Shown here piece by piece: positions 52,500-64,000 of a stretch of DNA of 64,000 bases (position 1 is its first letter; each line of letters opens with the position of its first letter). A program made the translations under genes and the position numbers. Source of the stretch: Antedon mediterranea. Taxonomy: Eukaryota > Animalia > Echinodermata. The stretch lies in contig NC_092670.1 in assembly GCF_964355755.1 (NCBI RefSeq), positions 2,532,201-2,596,200 on the forward strand, written 5' to 3'. The notes under the pieces were generated by a model. It did not search any database. It saw only the letters and a program-made list of their open reading frames with translations, and was not told the origin of the DNA.

Positions 52500-53990
52500 T
52501 ACCTACCTTGTCTACCTTGTCATCTGCCAATTGGCAGGTCCATGACAGTCATTTTCTTCCACTCTTCTCTATTTAATGCTTTGTCCTTTAGTTGGTAATA
52601 TTTGTTTCCATTTTTAAGTCTATCCAGTAGCATTTTTCTCTTCCTTCCTCTACCTGCTTTTCCATCGTATCTGTACCCTCCATCACTATTTTCAATAATC
52701 CTCCATTTCTAATACTGTGACCAATCCATTTCTTCTGCTGTTCATTAATGCGTTTCATTAGTTGTCTTTCTTCTCTTATATTTCATTCAAAATGTCATCA
52801 TTCCTTCTGTGCTCTGTGTATTGAATTTTTAGCATTTTTCTCCAACACCACATTTCAAATGCATCTATTCTGTTTATTTCCTCTTTTTTTAATGTCCATG
52901 TTTCGCATCCGTATAATGCAACACTCCATACTAATGCTTTAACCATTTCTTTTCTTGTTTCAATACTTGCTTTACTTGTTAAGAATTTTCTGTTTGTTAG
53001 GAATTTCCCCTTTGCCATTCCTATTCTCCTTAGAATCTCACTCTTACATCTGCCATCTGTTGTTATTTTTGTTCCCAGGTAGCAAAAGGAATCAACTTGT
53101 TCAATAATTTCCCCATCAACATATATTTCCATTTGTACATTTGCTCTTTTTGTAATGCACATTACTTTAGTTTTTCTGGTGTTTATCTTCATTCCATATT
53201 TTTTCCCTGCTTCATTAATTTTCGTTAATATTCTTTGGAGACCGACATTAGAGTTATCCATCACAGCCTTATCATCAGCAAACCGTACAGTTGAGATTCT
53301 GTGACCACCAACTTTTACTCCATCACTACAGTCTGTAAGTGCTTCTGAAAGTAGAAATTCTTCATAAATGTTGTAGAAGTTAGTTGACAGTATTCCTCCT
53401 TGTCTGACACCTCTACCTATCTGTGCTGGTTCAGATAACTGCCCGTCTATTATAATTGATGCAGATTTATTGATATACAGCTCCCAAAATAACCGTCTGT
53501 CCCGATAGTCAACACCAATTCTATACAAGATGTCCATCAATTTGATCCAATTAATCCTGTCGAATGCTTTTTCATAATCCACAAAGCATATATACAATTC
53601 GTTACCATATTCTAAGGATTTTTCTCCCATCACTCTCAGCACAGCAATCGCATCTCTGGTGCTTCTTCCTTTTACAAAACCAAATTGATCCTTCCCAATA
53701 TACTCTGCAAGTTTTGATGCCAATCTGTCATTTAATGCCTTAAGTGTTATCTTAGATGTATGCGTTATGAGACTTATCGTTCGGTGTTCATCACATCGTT
53801 GGGTGTTTACTTTCTTCTCCAAGGTTATTACTACAGATTTAGAGAAATCCGCTGGCCATTTTCCTTGTATGTAGATGTCGTTAGAAAGTTTTGTAAGTTC
53901 CAATTAATTATTAAACCGAAGTTCAAGAAATCCTCTATTAATTTCACATATCCATTTGTTGTACATTAATATATAACAATTTCCTCTATA
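52500..53990 (-). mobile_element. RTE-clade LINE fragment (RT), decayed
   Basis: 375-aa ORF with HRTISLI, QFGF, FVDYEKAFD, GVRQG, RFADD, YGCETW and FEMWCWR. Confidence 0.88.
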
Positions 53991-55020
53991 TGATGCATTA
54001 TTGACAGTTCCGGAGAGAGAGAGAGAAATTGTGTAGGCCTACTCAATGACTACTCATACCGTATGGTTTGTAATATTGTGTATCTTCATAAGAGATGTAT
54101 GCGACATTATTCTACAGAGAGAAAATAAAGGAAGGAAATAATTGAGTATAATAAACCACAACTAGCTGATTAAGGAAATACCCAGCTTCCTCTACCTATT
54201 TTTTGAAGGGTGAAAAAAGAAAAGAATAAAAAACTAACAGAAAGATTTTGGGGGTGGGGGTGGAGTTTGATAGAGGGCGAGACGGGGTTCTCGAGCCCAC
54301 TAATAGTAAAAAAAAAACTTTAGTAATACAGAGGTGTAGAGTATAGTGGGAGGAATTGAGGTCACCCTTACAAAATTAAAAATGATTATTGTAATGAAAA
54401 TTCTTTTAAACCGCATCAATCTGTGTTCAGTCAGCCGGCTCCAACCATGATTGGGGCTGAGATGGATGTAGGTTTAAAAAAAAAAACATTGTACACAAAA
54501 CGTTCTAGTGTCTGATGGCGATTTCCGGGCATCTAGCTATTCCTACAAATACAAATCCCACACTTTTTAGCACTGATTTAGACCAGGGTGTGAAAGTTCT
54601 GCTTTTTTTTTTGCTGTTAATTAGGTCAATGTGTCTAGATATGCAAGTAATTGTCTGTATGCGTAGGCCTACAGCAAAGCTTCTGTGTGCACAATTATCA
54701 TAGTAGGCCTATGTGCAATGTGGTTTAAGAGTGTGCATGTAAAAGTTTCCCTTTAGTGTCAGGAGAGTGAATTCATCAATGATTATTAGATTAATTGAAA
54801 CAAATGATAATTATACACCTTCTGCCTTCATCAAGTTATTATGTAAAGTTATTTTCAACAGCGCCACCAATGATTTGTAAGATATAGTAAGTTTGTGTTG
54901 TATCTTCTAGTTGTGTTTCCTTTCAATGTTTGTTTATCTGTATATTACATCCTTCTATGCATTGATAAATAAATGTTGTACAGATAGCTTCTGTGTGCAC
55001 AATTATCATAGTGCAATGGT

Positions 55021-55198
55021 TAGACTTGCCCCAAGTCTGTATTTATTGTCTTTTTTTTTTATTTATTTGTTTTTATTTCGACCGCGATTTTTGTCTGAAA
55101 ATACAAACTCAAGTAATACAAGTATGAAACGCCATATGTGCAAAAATATTTATATTTTTACTAATATTAAAACAAAACTCCGTCTGGAGCCCAGACTA
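55021..55198. mobile_element. Short TAG..CTA element with perfect 9-bp TSD
   Basis: TSD TGCAATGGT on both sides; homologous to 39730-39901. Confidence 0.8.
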
Positions 55199-55719
55199 TG
55201 CAATGGTTTAAGAGTGTACATGTAAAAGTAGAGTGAATGCATCAATGATTATTAGATTAATTGCAAAGTAATTGCAAATAATTATAACTTTATAAAGTTA
55301 TTTTCAACAGCGCCACCAATGATTTGAAATATATTAATAGTAGCTTTAATAAGATGATGTATCTTATATTTGTATTTTAAATACAATGAGATTACTGTTG
55401 CTGGAGAGAAGATTCATGCCCTGGTCAAGGTAAGATTTGTTACTGATGAAAGTGTAATTTAAGTTTGTTTTGTCGTTAGTCAAACTAAAATGACATGAGT
55501 TTTGTCTTTTAATAGTAATAATAATTGTCTTTAATTGTATAGCGCTTAACCAAATAGATTTTCTCTAAAGCGCTACGACCACAAGACTCGAACTAGAAGA
55601 ATCATAGTGACACCTTTGAATATAGGCATTTGTGCCTTATTTTGTTATGCTCCACCGACAAATAAATCACCTCATTGTCAACTTCATCACAGGTTACATA
55701 ATGCAATAAAGTGAATAAA

Positions 55720-55951
55720 TTGAATATCCCATACCCACCAACCTACCATTGAATATCCCATACCCACCAACCTACCATTGAATATCCCATACCCACCAAT
55801 CTACCATTGAATATCCCATACCCACCAACCTACCATTGAATATCCCATACCCACCAACCTACCATTGAATATCCCATACCCACCAACCTACCATTGAATA
55901 TCCCATACCCACCAACCTACCATTGAATATCCCATACCCACCAACCTACCA
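55720..55951. repeat. 29-bp tandem repeat, ~8 copies
   Basis: Unit TTGAATATCCCATACCCACCAACCTACCA. Confidence 0.92.
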
Positions 55952-58900
55952 AAAAGGTCTCAACTTTTTTAAAGCCAATAAAATCAACAAGGTTTTTTTT
56001 CTTATTACCAGTTTTAAGTCTTACATGTAAAATATCTTTTTTATTAGGAAAATCTTGATCTGTTTAAAGCTGATGCATCATCAGACATTTGGAAGGCATA
56101 CGTTGATTTCCTCGATGACATGGTAGTAGACGGCTTCTTCAACTGCATCCACTGTAGTCTGAACTTCTTTCTGGAAAACACCAACACCAAGGAGTCTGGC
56201 ACCACTCCTTGAAGCACGCCTTGAGCTGCAGGTCCCAGACATGGTCTTCCAGCCATCGCTGGATTATGGCATCGCTGATGGCTTCTATGATCTTGTAGAG
56301 ATGCTTGTCAGTGATATCTACAAGATGGCATCTCTTGTCAAGAGATTGGCAGAGCATAGTGGTGCTGAACATTACCAGGTCTGTATCAAAAGAATTTTTT
56401 TCTCAATTTTAAGCTTTGTTTTGTCAATTTCTCAATCAATCAATTTCTATTTATTCTACTCATAAACAAACAATAAACGCATAACAAAAAAAGAGTAAAA
56501 CAAATTTTTAAAAGATAAAAGGGACCTCCAAGAAACCCTAAAGGGCTTATGATAGGAAGCCCACTAAAAACTAGTTACATTAACATACTGTAAATATATA
56601 AAATAAATAGATGAATATTGTTAAGAAATCCAATTGCCATCTCAAATATGAAATAATGTGATTTACATAGATAAATAGAATGGCACAATGCAAAATATTT
56701 TGCTTCTTCCAATTGCTTTTATGATCTCTTGTATTCTTATTAAACTTTGGTCCTTTTGATTTGCAGACTGATTTGGAAGACATGATGGAACTGTCAGACA
56801 TGCGTCAAGAGATGATGGACAGGGTGCAGACAATCATGAACAAAGCTCAAGAATACCGCAATTCCTTTGACAGCTACGCATATCTGTGGGTTGACGACCG
56901 GCAAGAATTCATGCGTCAGTTCCAGTTTCCTCCTTTACAACCATGTACTCACCACAGAAGAGATTGAAGCACACGCTGAAGATGGCGTTCCAGAATGCCC
57001 GCCAACTTTAGAACAATTCAAGGAACAGGTATTTTAAATTTTGTTTAATCCTTTAGTTGAATTTTTTTCCGTTTAACAGACCTTATGGGTATTTAAGTGA
57101 AGTAAAGCTATTGTGTGCTCCCTTCCATCATCCATATCTTGTAGGTAATATTTCAAAGAGGTTTAAAACATTTTTAACACTTAGAAATCTTCGGAAATTG
57201 CTAATAATAAGCTAATAGATTACAATCCCCCAATGCCAACTGCCCCAAATGTTTGATTGTAATTTCTGTATTTGTGGCCTTTTGGACTTGACAACTTTAG
57301 ACAATCTTACAATTATTTAACCTTAATTGCTGTACTTTATTTAGGTTGATACATATGAGAAGATCTATGGGGAGGTAGATGAGATTGTACCGGTACAGAC
57401 ATTTGATTGTTGGTTCCGAGTTGACGCCAAACCTTTTAAGCAAGCGCTACTTAACATTGTCAAGAGATGGAGCTTTATGTTTAAACAACATCTCATTGAC
57501 CATGTCACAAACAGGTAATATTTATTGCATTCTTTTTAGATTTAATTAATAATTGTGCTTTCTATACAATTTCTCTATTTTTTCTCTCTCAAAATCGGAC
57601 ACACTGTTGGATTAACGCACAATATTTGTTTTTTTTTTAAACCATAACACGATTCTGGTTTTGGTCCAAATAATAATAATTCATTTATCTCAATCTAGCC
57701 TGGCTGCCCTTCAAGAGTTTATCAAAGTAGCTGATAGCAGATTGACTAAACCAGTAGAGGAAGGAGACTACGATGGCTTAGTAAGTGTAATGGGTCATCT
57801 ACTAGCAGTCAAAGAACGACAATCATCCACCGACGAGATGTTTGAGCCTCTCAAGCAGACAATTGAACTACTGAAGACCTACGATCAAGAGATGCCAGAC
57901 GAGGTTCACCAGCAGCTGCAGGAATTGCCAGAACAGTGGAATAACAGTAAAAAGATTGCAATCACAGTCAAGCAACATGTGGCTCCGTTGCAGGCCAACG
58001 AGGTCGCCATTATCAGACGTAAATGCACATCATTTGATGTAAGAGTTTTTGCAGTCTTATTTTCTATAAAGGAACTAATTGTAACTCCTTTTGTGAGGTT
58101 TTGCACATAGGAGTGCTAGGCTTAGTTCAAGCATAAGAATACTAAATATGCTGACCAATCAACTGGCTAATGAACACTGCTTTTCATACACACTTGAGGT
58201 ATTTCAAATTTCTACTAATAGTATTTTTAACTCTATTTACAGGTCAAACAACATGAATTCAGAGAGAGGTTTAGAAAAGAAGCTCCATTTAGGTTTTCTT
58301 TTGAAGAACCATACCCAGCTCTCGATAATGTAAGTATTTGTTTACCTATCTACATTTTAACAATTTATAAAACTGATACTATAGTAGTATTTAGTTGATC
58401 AGAGAAAGTTATATTTTTTAGAATACTGTATGTCAATAAATTGCAGTAAAAATTCATCTTTTGTTGATTAAAATGTTTGCAAATTTAATTTTCTAGTGCC
58501 ATTATGAAATATTTGAGATGGAAACTCAAATGGCATCATTACAAGCATCTGCTAGTCTGTTTGAGGTCAACGTACCAGACTACAGACAACTGAAGGTCTG
58601 CAGAAAAGAAGTGGGCATGCTGAAGACTCTCTGGGATATGATCATTCTAGTACGTTCCAGTATCGATGACTGGAAGACAACTCTTTGGCAGGAGATCAAC
58701 GTTGAACAGATGGAAATGGACTGCAAGAAGTTTGCTAAAGACATCAGGAGTCTTGACAAAGAGATGCGTGCGTGGGACGCGTATGGTGGTCTTGATTCAA
58801 CCGTCAAAAACATGTTGACGTCACTACGTGCTGTCAGTGAGTTGCAAAATCCTGCTATCAGGGAACGTCATTGGCAACAGCTGATGCACGCAACTAAGGT

Positions 58901-61524
58901 AGTTTTTCTTTGCAATTATTTTACCTTTAAATCTCATTTCGTATAATTGCTCCTATCCCTATCTCTGTGCCACCAGTGCAATTCATCCATTTACCTTTAT
59001 ATCAAAGGGCTTCTTTGCTCAGGCACCAGAGATCTGGAACCAATTTCCTCATTCCATCCCGTTTTCAATTCAAATCTCTCCTGAAAACTCACCTTTTTCA
59101 ATAGTTATTCTTTTCATGTTGTGCTGTGAGACTCGTAAAATGTGCTTTATAAATTTTCGATATTATTATTAGTTCAGAGGTTTTTTTAGGCAGGTTCAAC
59201 TCGAATGTTGTTTTTATACCAGCTTCATTCGCTGTCCAATCCCAGATGTTGTTTCTAATAGGCTCATTATCTTCCAGTAACAAATATTCTTGCGTTGCCT
59301 TCGTTGTTTTCATGTATAAATTAATCTTTATGTATATAGGTAAGATTCCTGATGGATGAGTCCACCACGCTTGCAGATCTACTGGCCCTGAATCTGCATA
59401 ACTTTGAAGACGAGGTCCGCAACATTGTGGACAAAGCTGTCAAAGAAATGAGCATGGAGAAGGTTCTTAAAGAACTTGATGTCACTTGGACTCAAATGGA
59501 GTTTGAGTATGAAAAACATCCAAGAACTGGTATACCAAATCTGAAGTCCAGTGAAGAGTTGATTGAAACCCTTGAAGATAACCAAGTAAGTACTTATGTT
59601 ACATCTTTTCCATTTACGTCTTTAATTAGTACAATATATTACAAAGCTCAAAGCTGTTTGCACATTTCTGTAGATGAACAAACTCAGGTTGAAATATAGA
59701 GTCATAATGGCTTGCCTCAATTTCTCTGGAGTTTATATTTATAAAATAGTTTGTCCATCCTGTAATTGGCAAGATACTCATTTTTATATGCGTATGAAAT
59801 AATATAAATACGTTGTTAGTGGACCTACTATATGGCTATTTGTACAACACATTCAATGCTGTAAATGGAAAGCCTTTGGATAGACCAAAATTTCTAACTT
59901 CACAGACAATTTCCTAAACCATTTGGCTACATACACATCTTACAATCACTTCATACTTCAGGTACAACTTCAAAACTTGATGACGTCCAAGTACATTGCT
60001 CACTTCTTGGAAGAAGTCTCCACCTGGCAGAAAAAGCTCTCCACAGCAGACTCTGTCATCAGCATCTGGTTTGAAGTGCAGAGAACATGGTCACATCTGG
60101 AGAGTATCTTCATTGGTTCTGAAGATATTCGTAACCAGTTGCCAGAGGATTCCAAGCGTTTTGATGGTATTGATACTGATGTGAAGGTAACTTTCTTTTT
60201 TAGTCTCTTGCAATCATTTAATTTTATTCTTTTTTAATCTGCTTTTCTTTGTTTAGTTTTCTGTTTAGCTTTTACCAATGTTTTACCTAATCTTTTCTGT
60301 CACATTTCAATCTTTTAATTATACAGGAACTTATGTTTGATGTTGAGAAAACACCAAATGTAGTAGAAGCAACAAATAAACCAGGCCTGTTTGACAAACT
60401 GGAGGATATCCAGTCAAGGTAAGATACATATTGTTACAGTCTGTGGTGAGGGTGTAAAAGAAAACAAAAGAAAATGAAGAATGCATTTCTGTCTGGTTCC
60501 ACAATTACTAGAGTATAAGAAATAATAAACATCAATGATAGTGCTTGTAATAGTGATTGTGTAAAAAAGGAGGCAATGATAATGACAATTTTTATTTATT
60601 ATTATGATGTTAATATACCTGACATTTTTTTCAGATTATCATTGTGTGAAAAGGCTTTAGCTGAATATCTTGAAACCAAACGACTAGCGTTTCCACGTTT
60701 CTACTTTGTATCATCTGCTGATCTTTTGGATATTCTCTCAAACGGAAACAATCCATCTACTGTAAGTGCTATTTCCTTTTGTTTTTAGGATAGACAGTAC
60801 CCAAAGTCACTCCTTGATGTCATTGTAAGCTAATTTCCCAATTCACCTGCACTCTTTTTACCAAATAGAAATGTCTGGTACTTGGATTGCTAAGTGAAGC
60901 CAAACTTTATCTGACAAAAAAATGTGATGTGCCCATACTGTATATATAGACATGATGATGTCATATCACTACCATATTTAAGCATATCATTACCATATTT
61001 GGGCACATATTTGTTAAACTAGTTTGATAGTGCAGACAGGGCTTAAGAATGTCATACTCATATTATACTAAGCTACATTGTTTAATTTTAGGTTCAACGT
61101 CACTTGTCCAAACTGTTTGACAACATGGCTAAGCTGAAGTTTGAGCAAGATGATGAGGGCAACGACACCAAGACTGCTCTTGGAATGTACAGTAAGGAAG
61201 GTGAATACGCAGAATTCACTCAACCATGCGAGTGTACTGGTCAGGTAAGTGAAAATAAAATCTGTAATAACATACACTATTGCTATCGATAGTAAGCTTG
61301 TGTTTGCGACGACCTAACTAGGTCAGGTCAATCAATCAATCAAAACTGTGTCAAGGTGGAGAGTGAGAAACATTTCCCAATATCCCTGCATGCGATTAAT
61401 GTATTAACACCACATAGTTGGATTGTCGGTCGACGTAAACCAAAAGCCTCCTATTCTTTATCTCAGACACCAGATGCTCAATATGAATTTTACTTAGCAA
61501 AGTTGGTGTGTTCAGACCCAGAAC

Positions 61525-63078
61525 CAGTGGTGGCGCCAGCGGGGGGGCTACGGGGGCTCTAGCCCCCTCGTCGGGGAGCCTAGCCCCCCCGTCGGGGAAC
61601 AGGGGTACTTTTTGTCGGGGAATATAATATACAGTAAAAAACGTTCGCGTTCACTTCATATAGCTTCAGCGCCTAGAAAACCACGACGTTCCATTGACCG
61701 TGAGAGTACGTCAGAGGGCTATTATGCACTTTTATGCATTCATTTATTGCCAGCGATCTAACTTACTACTAAACATTAGCTAGGTACGCACTTGTCTGGC
61801 GGTATCCCTTTGTACGAATCGTTCAACGTTGGGTCGAGACGCGTGATATCAAGTTCCATCCAGGGACCAAAATGTGTAATGTAGTTATTTTCCAGGCGAA
61901 GTTTACCGACGGTTACCGAAGGAAACACGGGTACTTTTTGTCGGGGAATATAATATACAGTAAAAAGCGTTCGCGTTCACTTCGTAGCTAGCTTCAGCGC
62001 CTAGAAAACCGCGACGTTTCATTGACCGTGAGAGAGTACGTCAGAGTGATATTATGCACTTTATATGCACTCATTATTGCCAGCGATCTAACTTACTACT
62101 AAACAATAGCTAGGTTCGCACTTGTCTGGCGGTATCCCTTTGTACGAATCGTTCAACGTTGGGTCGAGACGCGTGATATCATGTTCCATCCAGGGACCAA
62201 AATGTGTACTGTAGTTATTTTCCAGGCGAAGTTTACTGACGGTTACGTCGTGTACTGCGTCGACGTACGCTACACTACAGCAAAATTTTTTTAATTTACA
62301 AGTAACATTCTGTACCGTAGGGCACCTAAAATAAATTTTTCATCCATTACTAAACAAAAAAACATGCCATTTTCGCTTAGCCAACATCTTATTATAGCTA
62401 AGTTATTACATTTTCAATGTCCTGTATGTCATGAATTTCTCACCACTCGGAAGTCCAGATGGTACGCACGCATACACTTGGGAGGAATAAACTTATTTCC
62501 CCCGACTGAAAAAGGTCTACGCTTGCGTTTTTTAAGCATCTATGCCTGATGTTTCGGAAGTATGAAATGCAATTTTTTGAAGACCTGCAGCTCTAGTTTT
62601 AAACAGTTTCTTAGCTCAGCCCCAACAATAAAGCTGGTCATATTTCGAAGTACAAGAAGTGCATTTTCCGGGACCTAACATCTCTATTTTTCAAACATTT
62701 CTTAACTCAGTCACAACCTTGATAGGGACTTATATATTTTGTTTCATGTTTTTGAAGTATAATTTCTAAATTTTCTTTGAACTTTTATTTTTTAAATTGA
62801 AAAATATGGATTGAAACAGTCATCGCGCATCGTTTTTTTGCACGCAGTATTTTATTTATGCATTATAAAAAATGGAAAAAATGGCTACCCTAAATCTGAT
62901 TAAAATGACCTCAAATGACGCTAGAACGCGTTGCTTCCGGGGGCCTCGCCCCCTGGACCCCCACCGGGGGCCCTTGGCGGCCCCCTGGCCCCCAGCCTAG
63001 TGATGCTCGCTTCGCTCGCATAGCCCCCTCGTCGGGGAATGTAGCCCCCGTGTCGGGAAGATCCTGGCGCCACCCCTG
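61525..63078. mobile_element. Non-autonomous hAT-like transposon in a dynein intron
   Basis: TIR CAGTGGTGGCGCCAG / CTGGCGCCACCCCTG, perfect 8-bp TSD CCCAGAAC, subterminal GCCCCC..GTCGGGGA motifs, and an internal ~325-bp tandem duplication (61603-61915 / 61929-62245). Confidence 0.9.
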
Positions 63079-64000
63079 CCCAGAACCCTGAATTTAAAAA
63101 GTCTGATCTTCAGCCCAAAGTATTCAAGGTGATGTTTGTTCATTTTTTACATTTTTGGCTCATAAATTAAAATACTTTTTTAGGTTGAAGCATGGTTGAA
63201 CAAACTTCAAGACGCGATGCGTCAGACGGTTCGTTTAACATTCAATGAGGCCGTTGTAGCGTATGAAGAGAAGCCAAGAGAGTACTGGCTGTATGATTAT
63301 GCAGCGCAGGTTGCACTGGCTACCACACAGATCTGGTGGACAACAGAAGTTGGAATTGCATTTGGCAGGCTGGAAGAAGGTCATGAAAATGCTCTTAAGG
63401 AATACAATAAGAAACAGGTAATGTAGCAATGTAATTATAGTATATGAATACTTATAACATGCCGTAAATAAGAGTCCTTGTTGTGTGTTTTTGTTGGTTT
63501 TATTTTGTATTTACAATAACCATTGAGAGAACATACCAGGATACGCATACTGCTGAAACAGCTTTTTCCAATGGAGTCCTATTAACAAGCAAAATAACTA
63601 TTGCAAGAACAACATTGAAATTTACACAAAAAAATGTGCAAATGTGTCTTTTATGCATACATAACCGACAGCGTAATGTCCTATCTGAAGGATGAAGCAA
63701 TAAATGTGAAGTATTTCAGCTGATGACATAGATGAGAGGAAGGTGTCTAACTTACACACATACCTGATCATTGTCATTGTGTCTTGTAATTATGAGAGGT
63801 GTTTACCAATCAAATTATTAATGTTATATATTGTATGACTTTTTAGGTTACACAACTCAACACTTTGATCACGATGTTAATCGGGAATCTGACACCAGGT
63901 GACCGCCAAAAGATCATGACCATCTGTACCATCGACGTGCACGCACGTGATGTGGTTGCAAAACTGATTGCAATGAAGATCGATAGCGCTCAAGCGTTCC

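Larger units (their letters stand above)
55381..64000 (+). pseudogene. Outer-arm axonemal dynein heavy chain (beta / DNAH9-DNAH17-like); 5'-truncated, frameshifted, continues past the window
   Basis: Exons 55381-55429, 56048-56378, 56767-57028, 57345-57514, 57699-58038, 58243-58329, 58497-58898, 59340-59585, 59962-60186, 60327-60418, 60635-60761, 61092-61244, 63184-63417, 63847-end. Motifs [31 protein letters not shown] and [12 protein letters not shown]. Frameshifts at ~56195 and ~56920. Confidence 0.9.

Overview
AT-rich, intron-containing animal genomic DNA. An echinoderm-like marine invertebrate is inferred from the dynein and death-domain protein types. Four host genes are present and each shows at least one disabling lesion. 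(1) A minus-strand tandem death-effector-domain (DED)-like gene with duplicated microexons (~6.5-18.3 kb), with a young full-length Gypsy/Ty3 LTR retrotransposon in one intron (9062-17513; 624-bp LTRs, CTAT TSD, atypical HHDD RT motif). (2) A minus-strand six-exon divergent Hsp70/Hsc70 (28905-22278), cut off before the lid by a Kolobok-type composite that carries a KolX/P2X7-ballast-like gene at both ends. (3) A 13-exon FAM227 gene (49876-30876, minus) with a U12 AT-AC intron, a probable U12 GT-AG intron and an apparent frameshift. (4) A 5'-truncated, frameshifted outer-arm axonemal dynein heavy chain (55381 to past the window end, plus). Introns and spacers hold Helitrons, Helentron-type elements, hAT- and Academ-like non-autonomous elements, CR1/L2- and RTE-type LINE fragments and satellites, including a three-level nest (51-bp satellite > LINE > foldback). 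All exon models and alignments were made by eye.
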